Assembly: GCA_951406725.2 (NCBI GenBank)
Contig: OX597829.1
Span: forward strand, 9,176,001 to 9,240,000
Length of the DNA: 64,000 nucleotides
Direction: 5' to 3'
Source: Octopus vulgaris
Taxonomy: Eukaryota
Positions 29,805-44,501 of the stretch are shown piece after piece. Below the pieces are notes generated by a model that made no database searches, was not told the DNA's origin, and saw nothing but the letters and a program-made list of their open reading frames with translations. How positions within the stretch are numbered: the first letter of the stretch is position 1; every line of letters starts with the position of its first letter. The position numbers and the translations under genes are program-made.

Positions 29805-30176
29805 CGTGGCTGTGTGGTAAGCTTGCTTCCCAACCACATTGTTCCGGGTTCAGTCCCACTACGTGGCACCTTGGGCCTTCTACTATAGCCTCGACCACTA
29901 AAGCGTTGAGTAGATGGAAACTGTATGCATATATTTATATGTGTGTCTTTGTGTCTGTATTTGTCTATGTTTGTCCCCTTCTACCATCACTTAACAACCG
30001 ATGTTGGTGAGTTTAAGTCAGTAACTTAACAGTTTGGCATGAATGACCGATAGAATAAGCACCAGGCTTACAAAGAATAAGTTCTGGGGTTCAATTTCGT
30101 CTACTAACAAAGGTCGTGCTCCAGCATGATTGCAGTCAAAGGGCTGAAACAAATAAAAGTGAAAAAGAGTAAAAGA
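29805..30176 (+). mobile_element. SINE family A, diverged near-full copy
   Basis: Head and tail motifs as in the other copies. Confidence 0.85.
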
Positions 30177-30420
30177 ATCTGAAAATAAATAGGAGATAAA
30201 ATTATCTAAAAAATGTATATATCTGAAATAAATAGTAGAAAAATTTAATCTCCTACCAACATCAAATGATATGGCAGCATGAAATTATAACATTATTAAC
30301 TGCTCAGTTACGAATACCTTTAACTAGCGAAACCGGTTGTCTATATAAGCATTTTATTTCATAAATGTACATATTTTCATCGGAAAAGTTTCAGTACATA
30401 GAACTTTCAATTTTTATTCT

Positions 30421-30460
<40 letters not shown>

Positions 30461-30838
30461 AGCTTCTGCTTCGCAAAATCCCCTCAAGTGTATGATGTAA
30501 CACCAAAGACGACAGCTTCTGATATTTCTGCGCAGTGAGATCGAACTAGGAACCACGTGCATGCAGGAGGAACTTCTCTGCCTCGGTTAAAGATGTAGTT
30601 TAAATTATGTTGAAAAGGAGACAGTGTTTATTACTGATGTTCATTCAATTGTCCTTCCCATTTACACATATGATAACGCTGTAATGCATCTTATCCGGCA
30701 AATTATGGTTCGTAACTGCCTTTCCTTGGCGTTCTTACATTTATATATATATATATATATATATAAATATATATATATATAATAGAAATATTAAAATTAC
30801 TAAGTCTCTCTAAAAGAGATTACGGCAGCGTTACTGGA

Positions 30839-31084
30839 AATTAATAGTTATCGCCATATTAATATTGCAGTCGACTAAACTAGCTGTCGCTGATTAGCTC
30901 CATGAGGCCATCGCCTTAAGCTAGCTATTTGACACACAAACTGTGTCCATTATAACCTTCGAACAAATAATGGACACAGTTTGTGTGTCAAATAGCTATC
31001 TTAAGGCGATGGCCTCATGGAGCTAATCAGCGACAGCTTTAGTCTTATATTTATAAGACTGCCATATTAGTATGGCGATAACAA

Positions 31085-31090
<6 letters not shown>
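30839..31090. repeat. Long inverted repeat (72-bp inner arms plus 34-bp outer arms)
   Basis: 30882-30953 vs 30967-31038 with one mismatch. 30839-30872 vs 31057-31090 imperfect. Unit lies between (TA)n tracts. Confidence 0.95.
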
Positions 31091-31142
<52 letters not shown>

Positions 31143-32229
31143 ATCCTTTTCTACTCTAGGCACAAGGCCCGATATATATAATATATGTATTATTATCCCT
31201 AATGTTGCACATAGGTAAGAGAAAGAGAGAAGCGAGTTAAGGAGAGGGGATTTAGGGAAAGAGAAAGATATAGGGAGAGAGATATAGGAAGGGAGAGAGA
31301 AAAAGTGGTGAAAGGCAAAGAGAAAATGAGAGAAAGAGAAAAAGAGTCAGAGAGAAAGTGCAAGAGAGTCAGAGAGAAAGAGAGAGGGGGTGAGGGAGAT
31401 AGGGATGGGGAGGCATGGGGAGACGTGATTGTGAAAGAGAGAAGCCAGAGAGTAAGAGACAGGAGAAAGAGAGGAAGGGAAAAAACAGTCAGAGAGAGAT
31501 GTGACTCAGAGAAAGAAAGGGAGAACTAGAGTGAGAAAGGGAGGGAGAGAAAGAGAGAGACTGATTCATATGCTATACCTTTTTCTTTTCTTTTTTTTTT
31601 GTTTTTCGACAATATGTTTTCTTTCATATTTAATATATACAAATATGCCTTTTTGAAGGAACTCTCTTTGGTTAATCATAAAATACATAAAAGTAAATTT
31701 AAAAAACAAATCATTTACATACTTTTTCTTATTTCTGTTTTTATATCTGTTCTATGTTTTTTATTATTTTTTGTTTTTGTTTCTTTGCTTTTGTTTATTT
31801 TAAATTATTGTCTTATGATTACTAATTGATAAATCATAGCATCTCTTGCAGCAACCGACTATTCAACTTATTCATGTAGATTGCCGACAAAACAACGACG
31901 CAGAGTCTGTTATGAGAGCGAACAACAACCACAACAACAACGACTACAGCAACAGCAGCAACAACAACAATAATAACAATAACAACAACAACAAAATCAA
32001 CAACAACGGCGACGACGACGAAGATTACAGCAACAACGATAACAACGGTAGCAACTTGACGACTGTGACGGCGGGAGCGGCAGCCATATTGGCGAAGCTG
32101 TTATCATGCTTTAAAATCTGTGGAAAAGCTAAATTAATTTGGAGGGTGGTGAAAATAAAACAAGGTAAAAAAAATAATATAAAAAAAGAAATAATAAAAC
32201 AGATAGGGGAAAAGTTAGAAGAAAGAGTG

Positions 32230-32890
<661 letters not shown>

Positions 32891-34152
32891 TTATTTAGCC
32901 CTATGTTAGTGCTAATCCGGTAGACCTACCGATCAAGCTTTCCACAACGTGGTTATTAAACCAGTCTTCTTTCCGATATAGTCTATCGAGTATAGAATTA
33001 TCCTTCTCTTTTCTTTTAATTTCAAGTTGATGAAATGTGATTCGAGAAGGATTTGGTTGCAAAAGTTTTTTTTTTTTGCAGTCGAACTTAGACTCCGGTT
33101 TTACTCGCGAGGACAATCATAGTGCATCTGGTATTGATATTGGAAGAGATGGTGCTGGTGTTAGCTAATAATAGTAATGAATGTGGTACAGGTAGTTGTA
33201 ATAATATTAGTGGTGATGAGACAAGTGGTAGTGGTAGCATATAGTATATAGGTAGTTGTGATGGTTGTAACTGGGTGAGGTTGGTGGTATGGTTGTGGTG
33301 GTTTTGGTGGTAGTCTTGGTATTAGGTGATTATTCTGTTGTTGGTTCTGATTGCAATGGCAGTTTCAACGGTATCGTTTGCAGTGATAGTTGTGACGGTA
33401 ATGCTATGGGTGGTTGTGGTGGTGTTGGTAGTGGTTATAGTAAAATGTGGAGTAATAGTAGTGGTGGTAGTGTTGACCATAATGAAGAAAGTGTTTTGAC
33501 AGGATGGAGGTGTTACGATAGTTGCAGCTGTAGTATTGGGCCTTGTGATTGCAACACATGGTCCACCCTTAACAAAATCACGCGAAGGCCATCTGTGGTT
33601 TGACCAACACGTGTCTCCGCTCCTTTCCCTAAGTCCGAGATCAGACGTCATCGAAGACGCAAAGAGCAACTGGCACTTCTACATCCTCCACTAGCTCTCT
33701 CTCTCTCCTGTGATAAATACTCTCGGCTCTTCTATATTGCCCTTGGCCTGAACTACCACTTCAGTCACCGGCACCCTTCGCACCCACCAGGATGAGGTTG
33801 CTCAACCGTTGGCTACAGATCTACTACTTGGATACGAGTTAACATCCCCGCCACTGCCAACAGTGTTTGTTGGTTGATGTAATGGTTGTAATTGATGGTG
33901 GTGGTGATTGTTGAAGTTGTGAGTAATATTTGATTGAGAAGACTTTCCACCAAAGTCGTTCCAGCCGTGACAATTCCGTATTTTTTCATTCTGAATTAAA
34001 AAGACACCATTATAATCGTAATATGCTTGTTCTGGTGTGTTGCTTAGAGCAGTGGTAGTAATGTGGTGTATTTAGGCAGCTGTATTAACTATGGTGCTGT
34101 GTTTGTTATAATATTAGTGATGGTACTAGTAGTAGTACTAGTAGTAGTTGTG

Positions 34153-34189
<37 letters not shown>

Positions 34190-34669
34190 CGGTGGTGGTG
34201 GTGGTGGTGGTGGTGGTGGTGATGATGGTAGTGTTGGTGTTGATGTTGGTAATAGTAATAGTAGTAGTAGTAGTAGAGGTAGTAGTAGTAGAGGTAGTAG
34301 TAGTAGTAGTAGTAGTAATGGTGGTGGTGGTGGTGGTAATGGTGATTTTTGACAGTAGGATTGTTGAAGGGGAGAAAGAGATATTAGCTGAGGTGGTGGT
34401 GGGGGTTATGGTGATGATGATGAAGAGAGGGGAGGGGGAGGGGGAGGAGGAGGAGGAGAATTATGGCAACGGCTTCGGTAGTAGTGTTAGTAGAGTCGTA
34501 TCGAAACGGTTATGGTTGCAGTAGTGCTGAGGGCGGTGCTGAAGATGGTGACGCTGGCGTTGATGATGATCACGAGCATAATGATGTTGATGATCAAGAT
34601 GGTGGTAACGGCTGCAGAGTTATTAGAATAATATCGTAGCCATTGTGGTGATACTGGTCGGCAGAGATG

Positions 34670-34975
34670 GTAGTGATGGTGGTGGTGGTGGTGGTGGTGG
34701 TGGTGGTGGTGGTGGTGGTGGTGGTGGTGGTGGTGGTGATGATGGTAGTGATGGTGGTGGTGGTGGTGGTGGTGGTGATGATGGTGGTGGTGGTGGTGGT
34801 GGTAGTAGTGATGGTGGTGGTGGTGGCGGTGATGGTGATGGTGGTGGTGGTGGTGGTGGTGGTGGTGGTGGTGGTGGTGGTGGTGGTGGTGGTGATGGTG
34901 GTGGTGGTGGTGGTGGTGGTGGTGATGGTGGTGGTGGTGGTGGTGGTGGTGGTGGTGGTGGTGGTGGTGGTGGTA
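34670..34975. repeat. (GGT)n microsatellite
   Basis: Directly visible. Source of poly-Gly and poly-Val ORFs. Confidence 0.97.
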
Positions 34976-35105
34976 GTGTTTGTTAAAGTGACTGTAATTA
35001 ATAAAGAGTTTAGGTGATATGAGATAGAGAATTAAATTTGGTGAAAATAGCGGGAAAAGAACGACGGCTGTGATAATTAACAGAAAATAATTAACTGAAA
35101 ATTAA

Positions 35106-36750
35106 TTACAACAATGGAAATACAGACCACAGTTGTTCACGGTCAGGCATTAAATGTGAAATGTTGACGTTCATTCTTTGAGGAAGGATTATCTTTGAGT
35201 GAATCATTTCTAATTCAGGTACAGGAGAGATGTTGTGATTTTCATGCCTTGCTTGTTCGTTGTTATTAATGAAAAACATAACCAGATGCTTCGATGGCCA
35301 GGGATTCAAGGTAGGACCCTGTTTCACGGAGAATTTACTCTGATACGATGGCTCTAATCACTATTAATCTTAATACTTCTGCAACTGGGAGTGTGATATA
35401 TTTACTTAGAATAATGTCTTCGTATTGTTGAATATGTTCTATATTATGCCTTTGTTGTTTGAGTCTATGGCTGGCTAACTGATGATGCTTTGTGGGTGCT
35501 TGTTATTGTTGTTGGTCTGGATTGTTATGTGCCTTCGTTTGTTGTAGTGCTTGTAATGTCGGTAGTGTTTCTAGTGCTGGAGGCGTTTGTGATTATATCG
35601 GTGTAGAGTGTGTGATTGTTTGTCAGCTCCTGTGTCTTCCCTTCCGATCTCTTCGTTTTTAACCTGGTGCAACGCTTTACATTTTCCAATTTTTTTTCCC
35701 GTTTACCCATCACAAGTATCCATCCTGGTGATTTTTACTGTTTTCATCGTTAGGTGAGTTTTTGTTGTCGGATAAATCTCTGGCAGGTGGGAGGGTTTAT
35801 GTGCGCAACCAGGCATTTCCATGTTGGTTGTTTGGTCGACTGGTATGAGAGTGACTTCACCCGGCTGTGATGGCATAGGCGTTGTCCTAGTTTTTCCCAT
35901 GTGTAATTAGTGCTTGCTGCTGAAGTTAAGTGTATCTCTCCTATTGTTCCTGCTGGTGCTGCTGATGTTGTTTTTAGCACCGCTGCTTTTGTTGTTGATT
36001 CTGCTGCTGTTGCTGATGCTTTTGATGCTAATGTTGCTTTTGTTAGAGGCGTCGCCAGCAGAGGAAATCTTCACCTTTTGTTTTGCATTGGGCTGTAAAT
36101 CTTGAAGCGGTTTGTATCGCCATAAAGGTGGCATCCCGGCCTTCTATCCTCAATTCCTATGCAAAGCTGTGTACCATCTGCGAGGCTGATCAAGTCAGTG
36201 GTAGCCTTCATGCTTCATTGATCGTTCTGGACCAATAATTCCCAACCAATTTTCCCTGTGAACTTGAACGATGTTTGCTTTCTCTATGCCGCATTTTACA
36301 ATTGCCATAGCAAGATATCTACTTCTGTTGGTGCTTCTGCCACCTTTACTTTCGTCGCCTTCTGACCGAGATATGTCGAAATTAGCTGTAATTCATCACT
36401 TTTGAGGGTTGTGGCTGAATCATTTTAGCTTCTTCTTCAGTTGGAAATTTTACTTCAACCGTGCCAGAGCGTCTTCCTCGAGTCAAATATGTTTTTATTC
36501 TCCGGATTGGTCTCAGGCATTTTCAGACTTGGCCCCGCTTGAATTGCTTGGTTTTAAATGAAACACACTTGTAGATAATTGTTTTTCTTTTTGTCTCTTC
36601 CTGTGTTTCCTTCGATCTGTTAAAAAACAGAAAACTCTGCCATTCTTCACCTAGCGTTTGGTCCGTCACGTTAACTTTCTCCAGTCGATGGCAAGCTTGT
36701 GCGAAACCGTTTCCATTATGTTTGGAAATTAAAGCATCTGTTGTTTCCAT
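35106..36750 (-). pseudogene. Decayed ORF1 of a distant Tx1-type LINE, with no ORF2 adjacent
   Basis: TVEVKFPTEEEAK..SATTLKSDELQLISTYLGQKATKVKV aligns by eye with TVVVRFPSKEVAKAHSTEPLQNDEITMIPYYKGQRVSKITI at 40310-40858. Degenerate knuckle EDRRPGCHL.GD follows. Confidence 0.7.
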
Positions 36751-37897
36751 TGCAATAATGTTTGTAGTGGTGATGGTGTTGGCAGTGGTGGCAGTGGCGG
36801 CGGCGATGGCGGTGGAGGTGAAGATGGAGGTTGTGCTTGCATCATTGTTATTTTGTCTTGCATGTCCCTGCTGTTGCTATTGGTATTGTTGTTGTTGTAT
36901 GTATGTTGTTTCTCGTCAGTAAAAATTAGTGGAAGAAAATTATTTCAACACTTGCTGCTCCAACAGCAACCACATCCCTCGATTTAGGAAACCATATGTA
37001 TCATATTACTCTTTCACATACAAGGTAACTTAGACGCATGCATGGATTATGTGAGGGCATTAATTAAAACGTAGAGTAGTTTTGGGTACTGCTCATCTTA
37101 CGGCTGAAACAATTATTGATAACGTCAACGGTTGACAAAAATAACAATGATATAACATTCATAGCAGCCAAATGCAATGACAATAGTTGGGATACATGTC
37201 ATTTCATGCATACCGACCAATATATCTACACAAAAGCAGTAAGAATATTTACAGATGCAAATATGAACAGCAAAAGCAGGAATCTAATCTACGGCATCAA
37301 ATACCTAGAAGATGAATAGAATTGGCTGGACAGGAACCTCGTCATCAGAATGCTCACGATTGCACCAACAGCAAGTTAGGGGCCTGATGCTTGCTAAAAT
37401 CATCAAGCAACCATTTATAAACATGTAGTCTGAAAACGTTTATAATATTCCCATTTTACAAACGGTACAACACATGAATGGATGTCTTTCTAGCAGCCCT
37501 TATCTAACTACCACTGTATTTATCAGTCTATATGTCTTCACGCACGTGCGCACGCGCATTCTCGCACATACACTTTTCATGTGGTGTAAGCACAAAACGA
37601 TCGAAGTCAAACATGGACGTAAAAGAGTGTAGAGACAAAATTGTTCATCTAATGCTATGGAAGCCTCTAATGTGCTCAACCAAGTAGGAAATAAATTCAA
37701 TAAAATTTGCACGTACACAGGAACACACGCGCACATACACACGTATGCACACACAAACTCACTTCCCCCGACATACACACAGACACATACACACACACAA
37801 ACATGAAAATAGATAGACAATAGATAGATAGATGGATGGATTGATGGTTGGATAGATAGATATATAGATAGACTGATAGATAGACAGAGAGATAAAC

Positions 37898-37984
<87 letters not shown>

Positions 37985-38904
37985 AATGCGATAGATACAT
38001 GTGCACTCTATATACGTCGTAAATTTATCGATGAAACAAGGCATTTAGTAAGAAAGAACTCAATAAGAAATGCGAAACTAAATTAAATTAGTTTGAGCGA
38101 TGACTACGGCCATGCGAAAAGTGGAACGGAAATTAAAGAATCTCGAATACAGCATACGAGGTAGATATGTGCATAATAAAAAGACACAAGCTTATAGAAA
38201 ATAAAATTCGAAGCAGGTCGAGTTGAAGCAATGTCAATCCGGCTGCCAATTGAATAATTGACTGTGTGCTGACTTTTAACTGATAACAATAGATCATTAA
38301 GCTTGCTGTAGCTATCATATATTGCTACAGTTCAGTGCGTAAGCAGTGGGAACACTGTCAAACTGATGACGGTTTTAAGTAGTTTTTGTACTGATTTCAA
38401 ATTCAATGCAATAAGTAGTGGGAACACTGTCAAATTGATAACTGTTTCATTTAGTTGTGGTGATGATTTCAAATTTTACCATGAATGCATTAGCTTTACT
38501 TGAGAGAAACATCTCATTTGGGATGATGTCAATCGAGATACGTAACACATGAAAGAAGTAGTCAATAATTCCTCGAATACTAGGGAGATTTTGCAACCTT
38601 TTAGATTTAATGGCGGTGCCCCAGCATGGCCACAGCTCATAAGCTGAAACTGGAAAAATCAAAATCAAAATCAAATAAGCACACGTGCACGTACACAAGC
38701 GAATACGTTGACCAATACACTCTCACACATCCATACACACATGTAGAAAAGTAGGGAGAGTTATCAATCATAATAGTGATAGGTAGACATAGGCACGAAA
38801 TAGCCTCACTCTCTCTTTCTTTCTCTCTCCCTACGTTCGTTCAGTCTCCCTCTTCATCTATCCATCCATCCATTTCGTCCGTCCGTCTGTCTGTCTTCTG
38901 TCTG

Positions 38905-39000
<96 letters not shown>

Positions 39001-39224
39001 CCTATCTCTGGACAAACAGACGCAAGTCAAATGGGCTCTAAGTAAGTTGGTCATTTTGTACGTTCAAAAGTGTTTATTGTCAAATATTTTGTGTTTAAAA
39101 GTTGTGCAACAACATCCACTGCAAACCTTGATAAATATCTACACAAAATTTCGCCCTTTGTGGGCAAAATTTTAAAAATTCTCATAGGCCTCGTGTTGTA
39201 TTTTAGCCATTTTTATTTTCAAAA

Positions 39225-41623
39225 ATGGCTACTTGTCACCACGAGTCTGAGGTGCAACTGAAGTGTGACGCCAAAACAAAAAAGCAAGATTTCCTGTCAC
39301 CACGCGCTGAATTTGACTGTTTGAACGCTACATACGCCACCACCACCACCACCACCACCACCATCAGCATCGACAACAGCAAAAACTACAAAACAAAGGC
39401 CGCAATGCCAAGCACCATCACCGCCACCAATGATTCCACCATCAACACCGACACCATCACCATGGCAGCTTCTGCTACCACAACTGCTACCTCTGCTAAC
39501 AACAACAATAATAATACCAAGATCACCGCCACCAAAGACCGTGCCGTCAATACGAATGCCGCCACTACAATATCTGCTACTACGACTACCTCCTTTGCTA
39601 CTAACACTACCGCCACCACCAAGAACGACAATAACAACAACAACAACAACAATAACAATTCCCTTCAGCCATTGTTCCCTCCACCACCAACAAGTAAAGG
39701 AGAGAAAGAGAAAAAACGCGACCACCAAACGAATTGCCGAAATTTGCTCAAACACAGGGGCAAATTATGCAGAAAATTTTCCACCCCTTGCTAATTGCAT
39801 AATCAGCAACCACACACCTAATATACCCACAACCACCACCTCCACCACCACCACCACCAACATAAATGATAAAAATGAAAATAACGCAAATACAATTAAC
39901 AAAGACAACAACAACAAGAACAACAACAAAAATGAAATAAATATTTTACCATCTAATAGTGAAGATATTATCATAACAGATTCAACAATACCTGGAAAAG
40001 CCACGTCCAGGAATATTTCGGATACAACAACAACACAAACACACAACGACAACAACTGCCAGAATATAAAAGTAAATTTCGCTGACACTCTGCGTCAGAA
40101 AAAGGAAATTATACAGTTCACGAATGAAGAGTTGATAGAGACAAGATCACTCTTCACAACCCAAGGGCAGGATTTAGTATTGCATACACCTCAACACATA
40201 AAGGAACAAATAGAAAACCAAACAATTATATATAAAATGATAAAAAAACAAAACAAAACAAAATGAACAGATCACAAAAACGGACATTGAAAAGTGTGCA
40301 AAAAGCATAATGAAAGTAAAAGAATATATAAACTGGGGTCCCCAGTTTAATACAGTGGTGGTCCGCTTCCCTAGCAAGGAAGTGGCAAAAGCTCACTCTA
40401 CGGAGCCTTTGCAAAATGATGAAATCACCATGATACCATATTACAAAGGCCAAAGAGTGAGCAAAATTACAATTAAAAATGTCCCAAGAGACATACCACC
40501 CAAATGGATAACATCGGCGATATGTTATCATTTAAAAACGATAAACATATTAGAAATCGCCGAGTACAAAAATGACAATTGGGGTGGTAAATCAATAGTA
40601 GTGACCATCCAGATTGATGGGTCCTCTATAGAGAAACTTCCTGATAGGATCCATTTAGAAAATGGGCAAAGCCTATATGTTGTAGCAGAAGGCAAAAAGC
40701 CAAGATGCTACAACTGTGGCAGCCCAGAACATTTAATAGCCAAGTGCGTTCTGGCACAGAGAAAACAAGAAAGAACAAATCAGAAAACAGACAAAAAACC
40801 TTTGCTGCCAACACCAACACCACACACAATGATGGAACAATGCCAAGAAAAACAATAAACCAGAAAACAAACCCCAACAACATCACCAAGAAAAGAAACA
40901 GTACCAACCCAATCACCGTTGACGTCGCAACCAATTCAACATACTGAACCAAAAGATAGACCAACACCAACACCAAGGACGACAACAAAATAAAAACAGA
41001 AAACAGTGACGAGAAGACAAATTCTACGCCTAACACCACAACAACACAAACACCGCACAAAACATCAACAATTTTTACAAGCATACATATTAACGCAAAT
41101 GCTTTGCCTTTACCCCATTCTGATTCGTCGGACTTATCGTCCAACGACGAACGTTCGACGGAATGGCAAATAGCCACAGGGGGTAAAAGGAAAAGACCAA
41201 AACAGCCCACCAAACAAGTAAGTAAAGCAGGGAGATATTTAACTCCGGACAGCATCCCCATAGACAATAAAAAAAATCAATGACCCCGCAAAACCACACA
41301 CACAACTAACAGCAATAGACACGGACAATAAAAAATTAATGGATTACATTGCATCCAACACGAACATCTGCGAAGATGACTTTAAGACAAATAATCATCC
41401 ACGCACCACTCCACCGAAACACATAAGAATTTTACACATAACACAAACACAACACCATACACTGAAAAGCATATTTCCAAATGCGGTAGGCGGGTTTCAA
41501 CGATACCTCTCCAAAAAACTATACAAACACCTCATCAAAGACACTACAAAAGAAGAAGAAAAAATGAAACTTTCGAAATGGGTAAGTGACCTTCCCTCTT
41601 GCCTCTTGTCTCTTCCAATGTAG
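39225..41623 (+). pseudogene. ORF1 of Tx1-type copy A (gag-like, CCHC knuckle), disrupted
   Basis: ORF pieces 39225-39794, 39430-40266, 40310-40858 and 41339-41623. Confidence 0.8.
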
Positions 41624-41655
41624 TGTGTGAAACACAAATTTCTTAAACGTCAATT

Positions 41656-44501
41656 ATGCTTAAATTAGGTTGTATGAATGCACTTGGCTTGGCGTCAGCT
41701 TGGGAACAAGGTTACCTTCTAAACGACATAAAGTCACTGAACGTGGATATAGTAGCTATCACTGAAACCAGACTCAGCAAGCCGCGGGCCCTCGCGTCTA
41801 TGTTTGGCGATCAATTCGACATTTATTTTTCTTCCTGTCTGCCGAACATGGGTGGTGGAGGTACCAAGGTACTTTTTCGAAAGAGTCTAAATGTAAAAGT
41901 ATGAACAATATTCCTAGACCCGGAGGGTAGGCTGGTTGTCTTGGACATGGATGGCAGAATTGGGTGTGCATTCCGACTGATGGCAGTTTATGCACCGTCC
42001 TTAACGGTTCGTGCGGATTTCTTCAGACGTCTAGAGGTTTTCCTGGGTACGTCTAGACCTTTACTGTTAGTCGGGGATTGGAACGCTACCTTGGACACGC
42101 ATCTAGATTATGTGGGAATGGATAGGAATAGAAGGGGGTGTAAGTGCCTCAAAGACCTACTCAGACGTTTCCATTTGTCTGACAGGTTCCGACTCGACCT
42201 TCCGAACGTGCCAACGTGGACTTGGACAAACCGCGTCTGATCGTCGAGATCTTATCTAGATAGAATTCTATGCAGGACAGCGGATAGGGATAGTGTAGGA
42301 TGTCCAAAATTTAAAATAGTCAGCTACACAGATCACAAATTTGTGACGTGTACGCTCGACTTAGATAAGACATATAGACAGGGTCCCGGTTACTGGAAAC
42401 TGAACACGTCGCTCTTAGCGCGACAGGTTTACAGGAACCGGATTAGCGAGTTAATTAAGAGGGCGCTGACGGGAGCCGTCCTCAACAACCGCTGGTGGTT
42501 CGCCCTAAAAATGGCAATAAAATCGGAATCGAAGCTGCGCGAGAGGCCCGGGTAGCGGAGGCGCAGAGTGGAAACAGAGCCACCATTCGGTCTCTAATAG
42601 ATCAACTGGGATGCAGTTTACTCGAACTCGAAAGGATGTATGAGGCCTTTCAACAACACTTTGCTCGACTGTTTGGTGCGAGTGGTGGGTCGGAACGCGG
42701 GATGGATTTCAGTACCTACCTGACCGACCTGCCGTGGTTCTCGGCAAGAGAAGCGAGGTGTTGTGAAAGTACCATCACGGCCGCTGACGTGCGGGATGCG
42801 ATGGCGGGCTGCGCGAGGGATACGTCACCTGGATTGGATGGTTTACCCTACGATCTGTATTGTCAAATGCCAGACTTGTTTGGCGACCACTTGGCATCAG
42901 TCTACTGCAACTGGCAACAAAACGGGAGAATCCTCGGCTTCGTGAGCCGAGGTGCAGTGACGTTACTGAAGAAAGACCCAAACAAGGGGAATTTTATAGA
43001 TAATTTCAGGCCCATCACTCTGCTTAACGCAGATTTAAAAGTAATAGCCGAGAGGTTGGCGCTTGTCATTGGTAGACTGATCGACAGGCCGCAAACATGC
43101 GCCGTGCCGGGCAGAACCATACATGACAACCTCCATCCGATGCACTACATTGTGGACAGGGTAGTTAAGGATCCTGGCATGGGTGGGGCGCTGATCAATT
43201 TGGATCAATCGAAAGCTTTCGATAGGGTAGACCATCGATACTTGGAGGCAGTCCTCAGAGCGGCTGGCTTCGGTCCCGTCTTCCGCGGCTGGATAGCCGC
43301 TTTGTACAGAAGCATCCGTTCGGTAATCTACGAGCTTTACAGTTGTGTGCCAGACTTGTTTGGAAACGATTTGGCAGCAGTGTACTGTAACTGGCAGCAA
43401 AACGGGTGCACCCCTAGTTTTGTGAGCCAAGGAGCCGTAACGCTGCTGAAGAAAGATCCAAACAAGAGAGATGTAATAGATAACTTCAGGCCCATCACTC
43501 AATTTTTGGCCAAGGTGTAAGCCAAGAGGTTGGCGCTTGTCATTGAGAAACTGGTTGACAAGGCGCAAACGTGCGCTGTGCCGGCTCTTTCGCTTCCTGT
43601 GGAAAGGATGCGTTCCAATGGTCAGGTGATCCGTTTGCTGCCAACATCCGTTAAAAGAGAGGTGGGGTATGCCGCGGTTCAGGATGCGCAGACGCGCACT
43701 GAGACTGCGACATCTCAGGCTCTACGTAGACGACGGTGAACAGGTGTGGTCGCCGTTTGTGAGGCGCGCTTTTCCGCAGCTCATCTCCATGACCGAACTG
43801 CAGTCGTGGATCAAAAGGAGGCCGCGGAAGGGCGAATGGTACTGCAAGTGTCGCGTTACTTTCAAGCAACTATGCCGTTCCGGGTCGACATTGAGTGACT
43901 CCAACACAACCCAAGCATTCTATAGGGGATTATTGGAGGGGAGGTACGACGACGAGCTCGGGGTGAACCTGGACGTCGACGAGGAATATCTGACCTGCCT
44001 ATTCAGGACGACTTTCGGGCCAGGACCTCTGGATAACTTCCAGAGCTTCCTGGCCTGGCAGTGCTATCGAGAAGCGCTACCCGTTCGGGATAAGCTCTAC
44101 AGGCATAGCTCGAGAAACACGGGGCCGACCTGCCCGAGATGCGGTCAAAGTGACGAAACCGTCCTGCACGCACTGGTACAGTGTCCAACCATTTTATGAA
44201 CCGAGTCTATCGTGAATATTGTCGCGCCTCCTTCCTTCACACGGGAAAGAAGAGCCATTTTCATCGTACTTGTGGCTATGGCGTAAAAATGTGTATGGTG
44301 GACGCGTCTGAAAGGTCTAGAGACAAACACTTTCCTCTCTGGTCAATCTGTCATCAACGACTTCAAGTATTTCTTTAAGAAGAAGGTGAGAGTAGAGAGG
44401 AAAGTTTTATCTAGTGAATGTTTCAAAAAAATAAAAGATGGGTGAATATAGGAAGGATGGCACGTATGAATGACGGAGCCAGGTTGAGCATCATCCTATG
44501 A
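41656..44501 (+). pseudogene. ORF2 of Tx1-type copy A (APE-RT-zinc finger) with RT core deleted
   Basis: Contains stops and frameshifts. Lacks the QGCPLS/YADD segment present in copy B. Confidence 0.9.

Noticed and set aside
31010-31040. CTCATGGA-GCT aatc AGC-GACA in the palindrome arm, hammerhead-like spacing
   Set aside because: Several core mismatches, present in both arms, and no convincing stem I.
31846-32160. Splice-acceptor-like sites and short ORFs (e.g. MAAAPAVTVVKLLPLLSLLL on -)
   Set aside because: Frames run into stops within microsatellites and no donor is evident.
33544-33844. TG...CA-bounded 300-bp segment, possible solo LTR
   Set aside because: No target-site duplication and no second copy in the window.
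34063-35017. Poly-Gly and poly-Val ORFs resembling structural proteins
   Set aside because: Pure (GGT)n/(GTA)n repeats with no signal peptide or unique coding context.
38341-38447. Two 35-bp direct repeats 72 bp apart, superficially repeat-spacer-like
   Set aside because: Only two imperfect copies in a eukaryotic context. A simple local duplication, not CRISPR.
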